DNA from: Fonticula alba ATCC 38817
Lineage: Eukaryota; Protista; Nucleariida
Assembly (NCBI GenBank): GCA_000388065.2
Contig: KB932209.1
Length of the DNA: 64,000 nucleotides
Reading direction: 5' to 3' (one strand)
Made by a program: the position numbers and the translations under genes
The notes under the pieces: generated by a model
Seen by the model: the letters and a program-made list of their open reading frames with translations, nothing else
What the model was told of the DNA's origin: nothing
Database searches by the model: none
In this document: positions 1-10,763 of the stretch, piece after piece
Numbering within the stretch: the first letter of the stretch is position 1
How the letters are laid out: each line of letters begins with the position of its first letter

Positions 1-70
1 CGGCTGACGGCGGGGTGGAGCTCCCCTCCGAGATGGCGGGATCGCCGGGCTGCGGCGGGGTTTCGGCCAT
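1..70 (-). CDS. Possible 5' end of a gene running off the left edge (MAETPPQPGDPAISEGSSTPPSA...)
   Basis: On the minus strand, gccATGG at 70 follows a pyrimidine-rich leader and stays open to the window edge. It would be head-to-head with TAM41. No homology recognised. Confidence 0.25.
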   Translation of the reverse strand, partial: MAETPPQPGDPAISEGSSTPPSA

Positions 71-263
71 GGCTTGGCGGGAGAATGTGGCCCTCTGGAG
101 AAGGGCGCCAACAAAGGGGCGAGAAAGACGAGCAGCCGGGGGCGAGGGCGGGCAGAAGAGGGGAGAGGCAAGACGGAAGACCCCCAGCAAGCGGGCCATT
201 GGCCGTGCAGAAGAGTGGTGGAGGCCGGCGGGTGGCGGGGGAGGAGGTGGAGGCACGTGGAAC

Positions 264-323
264 GTGTGTGTCCGTGTGTGTCCGTGTGTGTCCGTGTGTG
301 TCTGTGTGTGTCCGTGTGTGTCC
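264..323. repeat. 10-bp tandem repeat (GTGTGTGTCC) x6
   Basis: Directly visible; one unit has TCT instead of TCC. Confidence 0.9.
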
Positions 324-913
324 GGGTGCCGGGAATAACACCGGATGCGAGCGGTAGATCAGCCGGTCCGGGTGCCCGAGTCTCCTGGTGCGGGGAACAG
401 GCGGCGCGAGAGGATGGAGGAGGCAAGGGGGGTTGTGGTGACCGGGAAAAAATGTCGCGCCGATCGCCGGCCCTGTTTTTGATGGCCGCCCAGATGGGTG
501 GCCCCCGCCCTCGGGCCTCTCCTCGCAGGGCCGGCGTCGCGCGAGGCACGCCCCCCTCGGCGCACCACCGGCCCCGCACGCCCAGAGAAGTCATCTTCCT
601 CGATCTACGGCCACGGCCGGGAATGCCTCCTCACGCATGGCATCCCAAGTGCCGACGGACGGACGGTGTTGTGGACTCGCCATCGGGGCGGCGGGGCTGC
701 TTCTCCCACGGGAGCAGAGACCCCTGTGCTTTTGTCTCGGCCCTGCCCCCCGCCCCCCGCCCCCCGCCCCCCCCTCCGACCGCCGCGAGCCAGCCGGTAT
801 TAATCGGCTGGCGGCGGGATCGGCCGGGCCCGGTCGGCCCCATGACGGCAGCCCGTCTCGCTCCTTGCCTCCCCCACCCCTCTCTGCCTTCCCTTCCTCG
901 GCTACCTGCAACA

Positions 914-2978
914 ATGGGCCTCCTCCTGCTCGGCCACCGGCGCCTAGTGCCGGTCCTTCGGCCTGTGGCTCCTCGTGGGGTGGCTTTCTTTTCCTCCCGG
1001 GCCCCGCCGACCGATGTTCCCCCTGCTGCGGGCGCCGCGGCTGCGGTGCCGCCAGCCGACCCTCCCAAAGCTCCTCCATCCGCCGGCCCCGCGGCTGTCG
1101 CCCCGCCCGAGGCTGATGCCCCCAGTCCCCGGATGTCACTCTGGGCGCGCCTGACTGGGGGCCGGCCGGGGCCTGGCTCTGTCGCCCCCGGTCCCGGGTC
1201 CTCGGAGGGCAGTGCCCACATCGGCAGCCTGCTTCCCCGCTTGGGAGAGCTGCTATTCCATGACGCCGCGCACCGGGAGCACACCATCCAGGAGCCGGTT
1301 TACCCGACGCTGACTCCCCTCCGGCCGGAGTATCTGGAGACCCTGCCACCGGTCTTCTTTGACACGCTCCGCCCCTCGCCAGGGCCCGGGCTGCCGGAGC
1401 ACCTCCGGCGCCATCACAAGCTGCTGTCGGACTTCGTGTCCGAGCACTTCGCGCATGTGGAAATCCGCAACGCCATTGGCTATGGATCCGGGGCACTGCC
1501 GCAAAATGCGCAGGCCGACTTCGGCCAGGTAATGGCCCCATTGCAGCCCCCGCACCGCTTGACCCGTTCCTCATTGCCTCAAAAAAAAAGAAGAAGAAAA
1601 AGACCCCCCCCCCACCGCCCCTGAAGCCCCTCGCCCATTCTCACGGCTCTGCTCCTCCCTCCCTCCCTCCCCCTCTCCCTGCTCCCGCCTCGCCCTCCTC
1701 CTCCTCCTCCTCCTCCTCCTGGACTCTGTTGACTGTCGATGCCAGGGAAAGATGCTGGATTTCATCTTTGTCGTCGACCGCCCGGAGGAGTTCCACCGGC
1801 GGAATATGGAACGCTATCCGGACCACTATCCGGCATACGCGCGCCTCCTCGGGGCTCGAATGGCCACTCGCATCCAGGCCCTCGGTGGGGGGATCTATTA
1901 TAACTCCCAGGTGACCCTCCAGGAGCAGCCAGTCAAGTATGGGGTCATCTCGACCGAGGCCTACATCGGGGATTTGCTCCGGTGGGACTCCTTCTACACG
2001 GCGGCACGACTGCAAAAGCCGACCATGGAGTTGGCTCTGCGCGGGCGGCCGACCCCGGCGGCCGTCGGGCCGGTCCTCGGCAAGCCGGCATACCGGCCCC
2101 CCGGCTCGGCTCCCGGGCCTGCTCGCATGGCCGGGGCCTTGGGCTGGGAATCGGACCCGATGAACTACTTCTTCCTGGAAAGCGCCATCTGGAACACCAA
2201 CCGGCCGGTGGTGGCCTCGCCGAGCGCGCAGGATACCGCCATCGGAGCCATGATCCGGCTGCTGAACCGGGCCCTGCACCGGCCGGCCGCCAGCCAGTCC
2301 CTTCTCGGGGTCCCCTCGTCGGATCTCGATGCATATGCCGATGGGGTCCTGCAGGCGGCCCAGCGGCAGAACCTTCGCCATGCGGTGGCCTATGCGCGGC
2401 TGCTGCTCGGGCCGGAGTTCACCCTGCGCGAGCTCTTCCTCACCATCACCCGGCTGTCGTACTACGGCGATGTCCGGACCCTGGTCGGGGCCGAAGACCC
2501 GCGCAAGGTGGCCAACATTGTGGACAACCAGTTTCCCCTGTTTGCGGCGCTCTATGCCCCGGTGCTGGGCGAGCTCCTGGACTATGGGTCGGGGCTGGAC
2601 CGGCCGGCCGGGGAGTCCTTCGCCGACTTCCTGGCCCGACCGGAGGCCCTTCTCCGCCAGCCGGTCAGCCGGGTGAGTTTGAATCAGCTTTTCACGGCCG
2701 GGCTGCCGCCGGCGATGGCCGTGCGCGTGGTCATCCGCGACCTGCATCGCACGGATTTCCTCCATGTCATGCGCTCCTGGACGCATCTGGTCGAGGGTCC
2801 TCGGGCCCTTTTCGGTGCCAGTCCATATGCCGGGCGTTTGTTGGTCTTGCGCACGGCCTCCCAATCGAATCTCCGGTCGAGCGTGGCCCAAACACTGAAG
2901 GGGCTCTGGACGGCGGGGCCCTTGCGGGCCGCCATCTATGCCCGGGCCAAGCTTCAGAAGGGTCGTGCCAAGCCGTGA
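914..2978 (+). CDS. TAM41: Mitochondrial phosphatidate cytidylyltransferase Tam41/Mmp37; join(914..1528,1746..2978), ~615 aa
   Basis: Presequence-like N-terminus MGLLLLGHRRLVPVLRPVAPRGVAFFSS. Family motifs AIGYGSGALPQ, MLDFIFVVD, GGGIYYN, VKYGVIS, DLLRWDSFYTAARLQKP, NLRHAVAYARLLL, SYYGDVR, KVANIV and QTLKGLWTAGPLRAAIYARAKLQK. A phase-0 intron GTAATG(1529)..CAG(1745) joins the two supplied ORFs in frame. Confidence 0.93.
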
Positions 2979-3460
2979 CCGATGCTCCGTCAATGCGACC
3001 GGACCCGGACACTTTTGGCTGTGTGTCGTCGCCCTGTGATCCTCGGCGGGGTCTTTTTTTTTCCCTCCCCCCGCCTCTTTGCCCCTCCTCCCTCCTCTTC
3101 CCCCCAGCTTGTGCCCGCCGTGGCCGCCACCCAAGTGAACNNNNNNNNNNNNNNNNNNNNNNNNNNNNNNNNNNNNNNNNNNNNNNNNNNNNNNNNNNNN
3201 NNNNNNNNNNNNNNNNNNNNNNNNNNNNNNNNNNNNNNNNNNNNNNNNNNNNNNNCCCCCCCCCCTGCGACGGTGAATTATACATCCAACGACCACTCTC
3301 GCCCTCTTTGTGTGCGTATGTGCATGTATGTGTATGATGCCCAATGGTAAAATGTAGGGGCGGGACCAAGAGGGAGGGGAGGGTGTATTATGCTTCTCTT
3401 TTGTCGGGCCCGCTGGCGCGTGCCCAGGCACGCGCCAGCCCCAAGTGGGAAGGGGCCTTC

Positions 3461-6400
3461 TCAACGGCTACCAAGGCCCGAGCGCTCGCGACGGACCAGG
3501 ACCTCGATGTTGTCTACCTGACCGGAGCCATCCCGGCCGAGGCCCTCGCCCGAGCGCCAGCCCATGCGCTCCAACATTTGCCGGCCGACATTGGTGGCGT
3601 CGATGGGCGGGGCATCGGCACCAACCGCCATCCCAGGCAGGGGGGTCTGGTACTTGCCCAGCCGCGGGCCGGCAGTCCCCGCGGGAGAGCCAATGTCCCG
3701 GCTTGGACGAACCCCAGTCCCGGCCGGGGTCATCAGTGAGGACACATCGCTCAGACGCTCGCTGGACCAGAACTGCCGCCACAGGGCCGCCGGTTGTGTC
3801 GGCAGGGAGCCCTTTTGGCGCTTGGGCTGGGCCGGGGACAGCTGAAGGGCGGCCACCGACATTGGCAGGGTCTGCTGAAGGGCCTGCTGCTTTTGCTCCT
3901 GGCGCATTTGTCGCTTTAGCTCCCGACGAGAGGGGACCGGCTGTGGTGCCACCTCGCTCGGAGGCAAAGCCCCAAGGGGAACCAGTGAACTGGCCGTCGG
4001 AGTCCGGCCCCAGACCGCCGGGGCCGCCTCGTTGGCCGACATGCCGGGGGTGGTATCGTGGAAGAACTCGAATGGCTCCAACTCGCAATCCGGATCTGCC
4101 GGCGGGGGACTTGGGGATCCCATGCGGAAGGTGAAGACCTCCTCCTCAGCAGGGGCACTGTCCGCCGGGGCGTCGACATCTGATTGGCGGGGCTCCGAGC
4201 CGGGCTCTTGGCCTTCTTCCGGGGGCACCGGAGACCCGGACCAGGACCCTGCCTGTGGCTGGTCCACCTCCATCGGCGCCGAGGGGGAGGGATCGACCGA
4301 CCAAGTACCGGAGCCATCGTCAGACTCGGCCCCGGATTCGGACCGGGCATCCGGGCGGCCGACTGGCTCATCATCCAGGAAGATGGAATCGTCCCCGAAA
4401 AGCGGATCATTCATGGTCCCGGAAAGCACCGCCGGCCGGGAGAAGGACACAAAGCCGGATTCCAGCCGTGGGTGATTCCGAGACTTGCGGCCATTCGGAC
4501 CGGCGTTCAGGGCAGGCACCTTGGCCAGCTTCCGCCGGAGGATGCTCCCCACGGCGCTGTCAAACTGGGACATCAGCCCAAGCAGACGCCCGCCACGGGC
4601 CCCGATCGGCCGGCCGGCCTCGGTGAGGTCGGCCGACGCCGCGCGTGACCGCCGGCTCCGGTACACAGACAGGTGCTTGTAGTTGCCCTTGCCGGCCACC
4701 TTGTGCGTGAGCCCCAGGTGACTGAGGATGTCCTTGACAGAGCTCCGGAGCTCCGGGGCCAGCAAGACCGCCGGAAGGGCGATGCTGAGGGCCGAGCGCG
4801 TGCGGCGGCAACGAGCGAGGGGGGGGGGGCGAGGCAGAGGGGAAGAAAGACAGCCGTCAGAGGGGGGGAGGGGGGCAGCGAGGCAGAAGGGAGGAGCAGG
4901 TGGCCCGGAGATGGCGGGAGCGAGACAGAGAAGCAGGCGAAAGTGGCCGACCGGGAGGCAGGAATCACCCCACCCCCGACACAACAACCAGCAGCATCAG
5001 CAAACATACTTCTCACAATGTGGCGAGGCCGTGAACTGGTCCAGCCACGACACCAGCGGCGCAGCCGTGCCGCCCATCTGTCCGGCGAACAGGCGCTGCC
5101 AACAGATCAGCAGTGATAGATCATTGACCGAGCCATCGGATGAGGAGGCCGGCCGCAGGACATCGACCGCCACCCCGAGGCTGGCCAGCAAACTCCGGTG
5201 TAGCATGCCCTGGGCCTTGAGCTGAAGCGACCGGAATTCCGCCCGCTCATGGGGCGTCAGCTGGCCGAAGTCCACCCCGGCCCCGTGGCCCTCCGAGGCG
5301 TTGGCCGAAAGCTCGCGGGCCATGGCCTGTGCATCGGCCGCCGGGAGCGGGAGACCGATGGGCAAGTGCGCCGACAGGACTGCCAGCTGGGCAATGGCGT
5401 CGTGGCGGTGACGCGCCGCCGCCCGCCGCCCGGATGAGGGCGTCATGGGCGCCATTGGGGGTGTCGATGCCGGCGGAGGCAGCTCCATGGACGCGGCGCT
5501 GGTCGCAGCACGACGAGCCTCGCGAGCCATCTGGGCCTCAGTGGGAGCCTGGCTGGGGGCGTTTGCCGGTGCGTCGACAGGTGCCACCTCCACGCCGGCA
5601 TCATCATCATCATCATCATCACCATCATCATCATTGTCGTGGTCGTGGTCGTGATCGTCATCGTCATCGTCGGAGGAGGATGAGGAATCGGACAAGTTGC
5701 CGGCCGGAGTGAACCCCCGGACGCCAAGATCACGGCCCCGGTGGCCGGCAGGGCCACCGCTGCCCGGAGGGTCGCCTTCGTCTCCACCGGGGGCCGGCTC
5801 GGACGTCGCTCTGACCAGGGTCAGGGGCGGTCCCAGGGCGGCCACCGACAGCCCGGCCACCGTGGCCGGGACCTGCGAGAAGCCGGAGTCCAGGGCCAGG
5901 CGCAGGATCTCGGAGAAGACGGCATCCTGCAGGACCGCATGGGCGCGGATTTGCCCGGCGCCCTTCGGCTCGAAGACCCGGTCCCCGGTCGGCAGAGTGC
6001 CCACCCGGTAGCCCATGAGCCGAAGGTGGGACTTGCTGGGGGGGGCCAAAAGTTGGCCCTCATGCACTCGACCCACAAAGGCCTCCATGGTGTAGTCCAA
6101 GCCCAAGCCCTCGAGGGCTGCCTGGATCGAGGGCTGCGCCCATGCCAGGTGCCGGAGGACGTGCGCCAGCAGGATGCGGAGGACTTGCTGGTAGACCTGC
6201 CCGGTCAAAGAGGGCGACCGTGACCGGGCGGCAGCCTGGCCCTTGGTTCCGGAAGACAGGCGCATCCGGGCCACGGACACGAAAAGCGGGTGGTTATTGA
6301 CCGCCCGATCGAGGAAGGCACGTGCAGACCGGGCGTTCGGCGCGTCGAGCCGCGAATCGCCCACATACCCCCGCAAGGAGGGCAGGTTCTTGCGCTTACC

Positions 6401-7599
6401 ATTCGAGGCGGGGGAAGCGTCACCCCCGGCGGGGAAGGATCCAAGAGTCAACTTGAGATCCACCAGCAGGGCCAGGTGGAGGAAGGGGTCACGCTGGCAT
6501 GCCGCATGCACGACGCCAGACCCGGCAAGGTGGGGGATCGCCTTCGGGGCGGGGACATCGGCGCCCGGGCGGAAGTCCGTCAAGAACAGGTCCCGGATGT
6601 CCGAGGCTGGCGGCCGGTCGAAGGCCCACGGGACCGGGATCCTCGGGGCTCGGCGTCGAGACCCCCGGGCCTTGCCATGGTGATCGATCGGCGCCGATGC
6701 GCGGGGCCTCTGCCCGAAGGACTGCAGATGCTGGGCCAGGCACATGTCGAGGGGGTTCTCCGGCTGGAGGGCCTCCTCCATGCTGTCATAGTCGTCCTGG
6801 TCGTCGGAATAGTCGTCCATGCTGTCGTCATCGCTCTCGAGGCCCGGGGCATTGGCGTCCCCCCGGTGGCTGTGATCGGCAGCGCCATCATCATCCTCAG
6901 CATCAGCGTCCTCGGAGGCGTCCGAGTCGCTGCTGGACATGAGAGCATCGATGAGCTTGCTGTAGGCCGCGTCTGACAGGGGGTCGCCCTCATGGGCCAA
7001 GGCGAACAGGGGATCCTCGGCGGCATCCTCCGGGCCCGCGTCATCGGTGCTGCCATCACTCGAGTCGGACAACTCCTCGGAAGACCCCTTCAGCGCGGAC
7101 AGCAGGGACCAGTTGGTCAGGGGCAGGTCATCGCCGCCGAGGGTCATCTCATCCTCGGACGAAGAGGAGTCAGCCTGGGCCCGTGGCACCGGGGCCGGTG
7201 CTGAAAATCCATCGCCGCCACATCCGCAGAGGGGCCATCCATGTCAGGGCCGGGAGAAGTGCGCAAACAAAGAGAGGGAGAGAAGGGGAGAAGGAGCGGA
7301 TGCAGAGGCATGGCCCAAGGTGCCGGAGTCGTACTATCATGCCGGATGATGGTCGCCCCTTCCAGGAGCGACGCTGGTGGGCGGAAGTCCAGATGCTTGC
7401 TCTTGTAGCGCGGCCGGGAAGACAGCAGCTTCGAGTATTTACGTCGGGTGGCGGGTTGAGTAGCACTCTGGACGGGACTCGGGTCGGGATGGGGGGCAGG
7501 CAAGTTTGCCTTGGCCTGCTGGTCCTGGCGGTCTTGAAAGGACTTCAGGGCATTCTGGCGGCGGCGTGGCTTCTTCATCGAAGACACGGTATCGGTCAT
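3461..7599 (-). CDS. Acidic protein with degenerate R3H and C-terminal G-patch domain (Sqs1/Pfa1-like RNA-helicase cofactor); complement(join(3461..4784,5010..7200,7335..7599)), ~1259 aa
   Basis: The G-patch TNVGRQMLERMGWRSGEGLGRDGSGQVDNIEVLVRRERSGLG sits at the extreme C-terminus. R3H-like segment LAPELRSSVKDILSHLGLTHKVAGKGNYKHLSVYRS. Two introns (7334..7201 GTACGA..TTTCAG, phase 1; 5009..4785 GTATGT..CTCAG, phase 2) join three ORFs with consistent phase, 3780 nt in total. The Sqs1 assignment is by domain order only. Confidence 0.78.
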
Positions 7600-10311
7600 C
7601 GCAGACGGGGGAAAGGGGGCAACAGAAACAGGAGGCAATCGAAAGAGAGATGGAGAAGGGGGAGGGAGCCACAGAAAAGAAGGGGAGGGGGGGGGCGGAT
7701 GGTGGATGCAGGGCGAGGCCGGTAACCTTCGGGGAGGTGCGACATAATTGGCCTCCTCTCCCCGCACCGGCGGGGAGTCGTGCCAGTCTGCCCTGCCGCC
7801 CCCTCCGTGTCCTCCTGGCCCCATTGCTCTCCCCCCTTCCGCCCTGAATGTGCCGTTTTCTCTGCTCGCCAGTCGGAGAAAGATCGCGCCTCCCCCCCCC
7901 CCCCCGCCCGACCGACGCAATCGATCACCTCGAAGCCGCCACGCCGCTGGGTGGCGTCGATATTGCGTCGGCACCAGTGGCGGCGTTCTCTTGACCCGCC
8001 CCTCTTCGGACGGAGCGGCAGGACGGGAGGGGCCTGGCCTGCTTCCTTCCCGCCCCCCGAGCCCCATGGATCTCGGCTCCCATCGGCATTGGAGTCAGGT
8101 GACAAGAGGGAGCCAGCATGTGGGCCCCCTTTCAGGCCGATGGACGCGCTGCATCTAATTCCGCCGCAGGGCCAGCCTCCCGGCCGGAAACGCAAGGTGG
8201 CGGACACGCCATAAAATCACCGACACTCGTCCGCCCTCGCGCCCGTCCCGGCCCCCCCTGAGGCTGCCGGCCTGGACGCGCGAGGACCCGCCTGATATGA
8301 GCACGTGCTCTACTGCCGACGCTTCGGTACTGCCTAGCCCGGGAGCGCCGCGCACGCCCATGCCTTGGCGGGTGGTGCCCTGCCTCGTCTCGATCTTCAA
8401 TGCATTTCCGGCAAATGTGCGCGCCCCTTTGTTTTTCCCGTGCCGCCCCCGGCCGGCGCGGATACGCCGCAAGCCGATCAAAAGTAGAGGGATCTCACGG
8501 GCGGGTCTTGTGCCGCCCTTGTCGGGATTGTACGAGAGAGAGAGAGAGAGAGAGATATGCCGGAAATCCAGACCATAACCATAACCGTCGGCCGAGGCAG
8601 AGGGCGCGGTCCAGCCACGGAATCCGTGGTCGCCAAGTACAGCGCGGGCGAGTTAGGTAACTCGACCCAGGGAGGAACAGGCGGGCAAGCAGGCACCCTT
8701 GAACGAGGAAAAGGGATGCCAAGGGGGGGACCGTGGAAGTGGGGCTCCGGCTATCCTATCGCCGGAGCCCCGACAGCTGCCCTCTTGTCCCTGGCCACAG
8801 GCCAGGAACAGGGACCTGGGAAGCGGGTTGGCGCGTCGGCATGCTTGCCTCCTCCTCCTCCTCGTCCTACTCCTCGCCGCTCCGACATGGTCCGGGCGTG
8901 AGAGGGGCCCGATCGATGGCCGGGGCCCACTCCCGGTGGGAATGCTATTGTTGTTATTCCTGATGATCTGGACACGTGCCCCTTTAACCCAAAGGCCCCT
9001 CCCTGAAGGCAAGAGGATATGCCTCAAGCCTCGACGAGTGTCTCCGGCCATTGGTGATTAAGGTCCTTGCAAATAAAAAAGGCCAAAAATCCGGAACTTG
9101 GGAATACATTCGAGGGCATGCGCGAGGGCCGACGCTTTTCGCGGAGCCAACTTTGTCGCCTTCGCCGGCTATCGGAGCCTGCCTTATGGAAACCAGAGCA
9201 TCCACCCTCCCCCCCCTCCCTTGGCGGACGGTGGCCGTTCTCCGCGCATGGGTCAGACTGCCTGGGGGTGCCCCGCCCGAGCGAGAAGCGGTGGGCCTGT
9301 TGTCGCGCCCGGGCCTTTGTTGATATCCCCTCCTGCCCTGGTGTGATGGCTTGGGAGCTGGATCCTCTTTCAGCGCCCCTCCTGGGATGGGGGACGATGT
9401 TGCATGTGCCAATGCCGATGGTGGTGCCGGTGCCGGTGCCGGTGCCGATGCCGTGCCCGGCCCGGCCCGGCCCCGGGAGAGATACCATCACCCGGGCTCA
9501 AGTGAGAGGGGGGGAGGGTGCCTTCCCCTCTTGAGTATCCTCAAGAGGCAAGGACGAATGCCTCTCGAATAGCCTGGTCGTTCCTTGGGCATACTTCGGC
9601 CCTGGGAGAGTGGTCGGGCCGGCTTCGGATGGACGCGTGTGTTATTGCCCGAGGGTTGCCTTCGTCCGACCTCCGGCGTGCCGGGGTGTTATGATTTCCC
9701 CAGCTAGTTCCGGTTGTGCTCCGATAAATTGGCCGTCACATTCTCCCGGCGTCTGTGTGGGGCCTCCCCCGCCTGGGACATGTCGCATCTCCGGGGGAGC
9801 GCTTCGTACATGGCTGTACCGTCGCCCTGCCCCCCCCCCACGTGGGGGAAACCGAACACTAGTGTCCCACCTATTCATCGGCCACCGCTCAACAGTCGCG
9901 ATGTCCCCCCCCCCCCCCCGGTCGGTTTGCGCGAGCATGGAATCGGCGCCGGGGCACCTGCCGGGTGAGGGCCTCTTTCGGTCTCTGAGTGTGTTCAAGC
10001 AGCACCAAGTCTGGACAGCCAATCGACCTGGACTTCGGCCCGCATGCTGGGCGGGAAATTCCCGCTCGAAACGCCGGATCGACCGGCGCGCCGCCGCACC
10101 CTCCGACGCCCCCTCCGGCATGGATCACGGCCCTGAGGGCTCCTCCAGCATCGGGGTATCGCCGGGTACCGGAGGGCCTGACAAGCGAAAGCGTGCCCGG
10201 GTGTGCCGGGCGCCCTGGCGCCTGACCTGACACAAGGGAGCTTGGTGGCCGGGTCTCCTCGGTCCCCTCGGATGAGTCAGCGGAAACCGATCGATCAGAG
10301 CCCGGGGAGAT

Positions 10312-10345
<34 letters not shown>

Positions 10346-10763
10346 NNNNNNNNNNNNNNNNNNNNNNNNNNNNNNNNNNNNNNNNNNNNNNNNNNNNNNN
10401 NNNNNNNNNNNNNNNCCCCCTACCACGGCCCCTTTCAGACTCCCTCCGGCGAATAGGCCACCCTTGGCACAGGTAGAGCGACCCAGGGCCGGCGGCGTCT
10501 CTCGGGCGGGCTGCCATCTTTCCCGCTGGCCCCTCCCCCCCGGCGTCGTCGTGTGCACAGACGTCACCAGGACCGGACACCTCACACCTTCCTGCGGGAG
10601 GACGAAAAGGCGGGCCCCCGTGAGGCTGGCAAGCCGATGGACCCTGGTCAGTAATGTCCTGCCCTCGTCCCTCGTCCCTCGTCCCTCGTCCCTCTCCTCC
10701 TCCAGCGCTCCCCTCCTGACCCCGCTGCCCGAGCCTTCGCCCCTTGTCTTTCCTCGCCGAATC

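Noticed and set aside
9527-9548. Perfect 9-bp hairpin CCTCTTGAG-TATC-CTCAAGAGG
   Set aside because: A single short inverted repeat with no TSD, second copy or associated feature; not enough to call a MITE or ncRNA.
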